Positions 60,174 to 64,000 of a stretch of 64,000 bases of DNA are shown here, piece by piece. The stretch comes from an uncultured Clostridia bacterium (lineage in GTDB: Bacteria; Bacillota; Clostridia; Christensenellales; UBA1242), in the NCBI GenBank assembly GCA_944372325.1, contig CALVYR010000001.1, positions 35,143 through 99,142 on the forward strand, read 5' to 3'. The first letter of the stretch is position 1. Each line of letters opens with the position of its first letter. The notes under the pieces are model-generated. The model was not told the DNA's origin. It did no database searches and worked only from the letters and a program-made list of their open reading frames with translations. Both the position numbers and the translations under genes were made by a program.

Positions 60174-61262
60174 ATGAATAAAAAAATATGTGTTTATGCT
60201 ATTGCAAAAAATGAAATTAAATTTATTGACCGTTGGTATGAAAGTGTGAAAGAGGCAGACTATGTTTGCGTTTTGGATACTGGAAGCCAAGACGGCTCTT
60301 TTGAGCGTTTTAAAGAGCTTAACATTATAACAGAGCAAAAAAAATATAGTACATTTAGATTTGATGTTGCTAGAAATGATAGTTTAAAACTAATTCCTGA
60401 AGATACTGACATATGCGTATGTGTAGATATAGATGAATATTTTGAAAAAGGCTGGAGTAAAATTCTTAGAAAAAAATGGAAAGAAAATGCTGGGCGTGCA
60501 AGATATCGCTATACATGGAACTTCAACCCTGATGGAAGTGAAGGCTATGTTTTTATGGCAGACAAAATACACAAGAAAGATGCCTATATCTGGACACATC
60601 CTGTTCATGAAATTTTAACTCAGATCGATGATAAAGAATATGAATTTATAGATATTCCAGAAATTCAATTAAATCATAAAGCAGATAATAGTAAATCTAG
60701 GACCAACTATCTTCCACTACTTGAACTATCTTTAAAAGAAAGACCTTTAGATGATAGAAATGCTCACTACCTGGGTAGAGAGTACATGTTTCATAACGAG
60801 TATGATAAAGCCATTGAAACACTAAAATATCATTTATCACTTCCAACCGCCACTTGGGCTGAAGAACGCTGTGCAAGTTTAAGATTTATTGCACTTTGTT
60901 ATAAGTATAAAGGAGATTTTGAAAAGGCTGAAGAATATTTTTTAAAAGCTGTGTTAGAATGTGATACAACAAGAGAACCATATTACGATTTAGCACTATT
61001 ATATTTTGAAGAAAAAGAATTTTTAAAATGTGCAGTCACCTTTAATGAAATGTTTAAAATAAAAACTAGAAATTTAACATATATATCCTCTCCCACCTGC
61101 TGGAGCAGTTTACCCTACGACTATCTTTCACTTGCATATTACAATTTAGGCGATTTTAATAGGGCAATAATTGCCGTAGATGAAGCAATAAAATTAAATG
61201 ACGATGAAAGATTAAAAAATAATAAACAAGCCTTTTTAGAAATGAAATTAAATAAAAATTAA
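60174..61262 (+). CDS. Glycosyltransferase-like (GT2-type N-terminal domain) protein with C-terminal TPR repeats
   Basis: The N-terminus is CVYAIAKNEIKFIDRWYESVKEADYVCVLDTGSQDGS. TPR-like helices follow (AHYLGREYMFHNEYDKAIETL, CYKYKGDFEKAEEYFLKAV, AYYNLGDFNRAIIAVDEAI). Confidence 0.65.
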   Translation: MNKKICVYAIAKNEIKFIDRWYESVKEADYVCVLDTGSQDGSFERFKELNIITEQKKYSTFRFDVARNDSLKLIPEDTDICVCVDIDEYFEKGWSKILRKKWKENAGRARYRYTWNFNPDGSEGYVFMADKIHKKDAYIWTHPVHEILTQIDDKEYEFIDIPEIQLNHKADNSKSRTNYLPLLELSLKERPLDDRNAHYLGREYMFHNEYDKAIETLKYHLSLPTATWAEERCASLRFIALCYKYKGDFEKAEEYFLKAVLECDTTREPYYDLALLYFEEKEFLKCAVTFNEMFKIKTRNLTYISSPTCWSSLPYDYLSLAYYNLGDFNRAIIAVDEAIKLNDDERLKNNKQAFLEMKLNKN

Positions 61263-61264
61263 AA

Positions 61265-61615
61265 TTATTTTAATAATTCTGAAGCGCAATTTGAATACGC
61301 TCTAAAAAGCCCTCCTGCTCCAAGTTTAATTCCTCCAAAATATCTTATAACAACTATTAAAATATTATTTAAATTCTTTTTTTCTATAATATTATATATT
61401 GGCTTACCCGCTGTGCCACTAGGTTCTCCGTCATCATAATATTTGGCGCTTACCCCTACTTTATAGGCATAACAAATATGCGTAGCTTTTTTATGCTCTT
61501 TTTTTAAATTATTTAATATTTCTTTTATTTCCTCTAAATTAGAAATTTCATATAAAAAACCTAAAAATTTTGATTTTTTTATTATTATTTCATTATTTTT
61601 TATTAAATTTATCAT
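61265..61615 (-). CDS. IMPACT/YigZ family N-terminal domain protein (UPF0029)
   Basis: Contains KSKFLGF, ATHICYAY, DDGEPSGTAGKPI and RYFGGIKLGAGGL motifs. Overlaps rlmN by 4 nt. Confidence 0.8.
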   Translation of the reverse strand: MINLIKNNEIIIKKSKFLGFLYEISNLEEIKEILNNLKKEHKKATHICYAYKVGVSAKYYDDGEPSGTAGKPIYNIIEKKNLNNILIVVIRYFGGIKLGAGGLFRAYSNCASELLK

Positions 61616-62652
61616 ATATTTTCATCTTTTAATATTTTATTTCTTAATTGACCGCAAGCACCTTCTATATCTTCACCCATAGTTCTTCTAACTGTTGTAC
61701 TAATTCCAAGTTTCTCTAGTGCATTTTTAAATGTGTAAGCATTTTTAGAAGATTTAAGCCCGCGTTCTTTTACTTCATTTAAAGGAATTATATTTACATG
61801 AAAAGAATAGTCACCCTTTAAGTTTTTAGCAAGTTCTTCTGCATTTTTTAAGCTATCGTTCACCCCTGCAATTAGGGCATATTCATACACAACTCGTCTG
61901 CCAGTTTTATCAAAATATCTTTTTGCCGATTTAATTACCTCATCATATTTATAAGCCCTTGCTACTGGCATGAGTTTTTCTCTTATTTGACCATTTGGTG
62001 AATGCAGAGAGATTGTAAGTGTGATAGGCAAATTTTCTCTTGCTAGTTTATCTATTTTATCTACAAGCCCACAGGTTGAGAGTGAAATGTTTCTAGGAGA
62101 AATATTTAAACTATCGGGCGAGCTAATTAATCTTAAAAAATCTATAACGGCATTATAGTTATCTAGTGGTTCACCACTGCCCATTAATACTATATTTGTT
62201 ATCTTTCTATCCTTTACACTACCACCTAAATCTCTGTTTACAAGTAAAACCTCGGAAAGAATTTCACCGCAAGACAAATTTCTTATTAACCCGTTTAGCC
62301 CAGAGGCACAAAATGAACAGTTCATTCTGCATCCCACTTGAGTTGATACACATAGTGTGTAGCCGTATTTATATTTCATTAAAACGCCCTCAACTATGTT
62401 TCCATCCAAAAATTTAAAAACATATTTTTTAGTGCCGTCTTTGCTTTCTAACTTTTTATAAATTTGCGCAGGAAAATTTGAATAACTGGCTAAAAGCTTT
62501 TCTTTAAAGGCTTTGCTTAAATTTGTAATTTCCTCTAAACTTTTTCCTGAATGAAGGCCTTCAAAAAGTTGTTTTGCGCGGTAAGTCTGCTCGTTTAAAC
62601 TTTTAGTAATGGCTTTAAGTTCTTCTAAATTAAAATCTAATATTGTTTGCAT
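61612..62652 (-). CDS. rlmN: 23S rRNA/tRNA A2503 methyltransferase RlmN (radical SAM)
   Basis: Contains CRMNCSFCASG (CX3CX2C), MGSGEPLDN and GEDIEGACGQL. Confidence 0.9.
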   Translation of the reverse strand: MQTILDFNLEELKAITKSLNEQTYRAKQLFEGLHSGKSLEEITNLSKAFKEKLLASYSNFPAQIYKKLESKDGTKKYVFKFLDGNIVEGVLMKYKYGYTLCVSTQVGCRMNCSFCASGLNGLIRNLSCGEILSEVLLVNRDLGGSVKDRKITNIVLMGSGEPLDNYNAVIDFLRLISSPDSLNISPRNISLSTCGLVDKIDKLARENLPITLTISLHSPNGQIREKLMPVARAYKYDEVIKSAKRYFDKTGRRVVYEYALIAGVNDSLKNAEELAKNLKGDYSFHVNIIPLNEVKERGLKSSKNAYTFKNALEKLGISTTVRRTMGEDIEGACGQLRNKILKDENI

Positions 62653-62739
62653 AGGTAAAGTATAGCTTTTTTATTAAATTTTTGCAATATTTTTGAATAA
62701 TATTTAGCTTTCTACACAAATTAATAGTGGAGGTAAAAA

Positions 62740-62901
62740 ATGGATAATCAAAAATGGCGTCCAGGTGAACAGGCTCCAGAAAGCGGAAATTACACTGCTT
62801 ATGATAGCCAAGGTCACAATGGCGGTACAACTTACCTTGAAAAAGGTCAAAGATTTCCAGCAACTCAACATTCTGGAAGTTATTACGAATTAGAAAAATA
62901 A
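62740..62901 (+). CDS. YjzC-like small protein (53 aa), not in the ORF track
   Basis: GGAGG lies 7 nt upstream of ATG 62740. The translation is MDNQKWRPGEQAPESGNYTAYDSQGHNGGTTYLEKGQRFPATQHSGSYYELEK. The PGxxAPxxGxY...G-x-FP pattern matches the YjzC family, and a terminator follows. Confidence 0.65.
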   Translation: MDNQKWRPGEQAPESGNYTAYDSQGHNGGTTYLEKGQRFPATQHSGSYYELEK

Positions 62902-62937
62902 TTCTTGTTACTCTTCTCCTTTTTTGCCTTTAGGCAT

Positions 62938-62973
62938 AAAAAATCGGCTTTATTTTCTCCGAGCCGATTTTTT
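62938..62973. terminator. Bidirectional terminator (yjzC-like gene / gpmI)
   Basis: aaaaaatcggct (62938-62949) pairs with agccgatttttt (62962-62973). Confidence 0.65.
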
Positions 62974-62986
62974 ATGCTTTTTGCTA

Positions 62987-64000
62987 TTAGTTTAATAAAT
63001 CATCTTCCATAACATCTGGTTTTTCTATCCCTAAAAGTTTAAGCACAGTAGGAGCAACACTTGCAAGTTTTCCACCAGATTTTAGTTTTGAGTTTTTATA
63101 TCTTTCGCTTACCAAAATAAATGGCACTGGGTTTGTGGTATGTGAGGTAATGGGCTTACCATTCTCATCTTCAAGGCACTCTGCATTTCCATGGTCTGCT
63201 GTAATAATACAATCTCCACCAGCTAAAAGAGTTGCCATTGCCACAGCATATGCGCATTTATCTACAATTTCAATAGCTCGCTTTGTTGCCTTTAGGTTTG
63301 CAGTGTGTCCAACCATATCAGGATTAGAAAAGTTTATTAACACAAAGGAATATTTATCCTCGCTTATTGCGGTCATAGCATCTTCAGCGATTTCACAAGC
63401 ACGCATTTCTGGAAATTCACTAAAATCTTTAACATCTTTAGTTTCAATAAGTTTGCGCGTTTCACCTTCAAAAGGTTCCTCTCTTCCCCCATTAAAGAAA
63501 AAGGTTACATGGGCATATTTTGTGGTTTCTGTAACATGATACTGCTTGAGGCCTGCTTTTGAAACTGTTTCGCTAAGCCCCTCTTTTATTTCTTCTTTTG
63601 GATACGCAACATGAACATTTTTAAATTCATCGGAATATTCCGTCATGGTCACAAAATATAGGTCGTCAAGTTTTTTTGTGGGGAATTTATCAAAGGCTTT
63701 TTCAGTAATGGCTTCAGTTAACTCTCTTGGCCTATCCGTTCTAAAATTAAAGAAAATTACGCTGTCACCAGAATTGATTGTTTTAGGCTTGCCTATTATA
63801 GCAGGCTCTATAAATTCATCATAAACTCCATTTTGATAACTAGCCTCTATTGCCTCGCTAGCGCTTTGAAAGTAATTTTCCGCCTGTCCCAAACAGATTG
63901 CATCGTATGCCTTCATAACGCGCTCATAGCGTTTTTCACGGTCCATAGCATAAACTCTGCCAATCACTGTGGCAATCTCTGCGTTTTTACCTTTCATAAA
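62987..64000 (-). CDS. gpmI: 2,3-bisphosphoglycerate-independent phosphoglycerate mutase, C-terminal part (5' end outside window)
   Basis: The ORF is open to the window edge. Motifs NFSNPDMVGHT and ITADHGNAE are present. Confidence 0.9.
   Translation of the reverse strand, partial: FMKGKNAEIATVIGRVYAMDREKRYERVMKAYDAICLGQAENYFQSASEAIEASYQNGVYDEFIEPAIIGKPKTINSGDSVIFFNFRTDRPRELTEAITEKAFDKFPTKKLDDLYFVTMTEYSDEFKNVHVAYPKEEIKEGLSETVSKAGLKQYHVTETTKYAHVTFFFNGGREEPFEGETRKLIETKDVKDFSEFPEMRACEIAEDAMTAISEDKYSFVLINFSNPDMVGHTANLKATKRAIEIVDKCAYAVAMATLLAGGDCIITADHGNAECLEDENGKPITSHTTNPVPFILVSERYKNSKLKSGGKLASVAPTVLKLLGIEKPDVMEDDLLN

Noticed and set aside
62630-62863. 77-aa minus-strand ORF overlapping the start of rlmN
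   Set aside because: It lies antisense to the YjzC-like small CDS (62740-62901), which has a GGAGG RBS, a family-typical sequence and a terminator.

Overview
AT-rich bacterial chromosome segment that uses the standard genetic code (TGA is a stop, e.g. in pth). It most likely comes from an endospore-forming Firmicutes/Clostridia lineage. Support for that: spoIIID preceded by a sigma-E-like promoter, a SpoIIQ-like M23 protein, and a GlmU-like/pth/mfd/PrsA-like gene block. Housekeeping content: folD, glyA, a TtcA-family PP-loop ATPase, acpP, pth, mfd, a PlsC-family acyltransferase, a short alaS, leuS, rlmN, an IMPACT/YigZ-domain gene, partial gpmI, tRNA-Arg(ACG) and tRNA-Leu(AAG). The dominant feature is a pair of co-directional, nearly abutting giant lipoprotein genes (4690-14385 and 14404-31158, minus strand; about 3,231 and 5,584 aa). 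Together they cover 41% of the window. They are built from Ig-like and GLUG-like G-G-[ILV]-[VA]-G repeat modules and sit behind a perfect consensus sigma-A promoter. Other accessory content: (1) two tandem SipW-type (S26) signal peptidase paralogs beside a 550-aa TasA-like secreted protein whose putative promoter spacer contains a C8/G8 tract; (2) a GC-rich island (49.6-50.9 kb) of nested palindromic repeats, in which a small GIY-YIG nuclease gene is bracketed by ~230-255 nt direct repeats; (3) an 88-nt perfect four-way-junction element between alaS and leuS; (4) a truncated GlmU-like protein with a degenerate motif, plus a nucleotidyltransferase-kinase fusion; (5) a decayed zeta-toxin/COG4185-like ATPase fragment next to tRNA-Leu. 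I saw no rRNA, CRISPR array, intact transposase or integrase. Family assignments come from motif recognition by eye and need HMM or BLAST confirmation.
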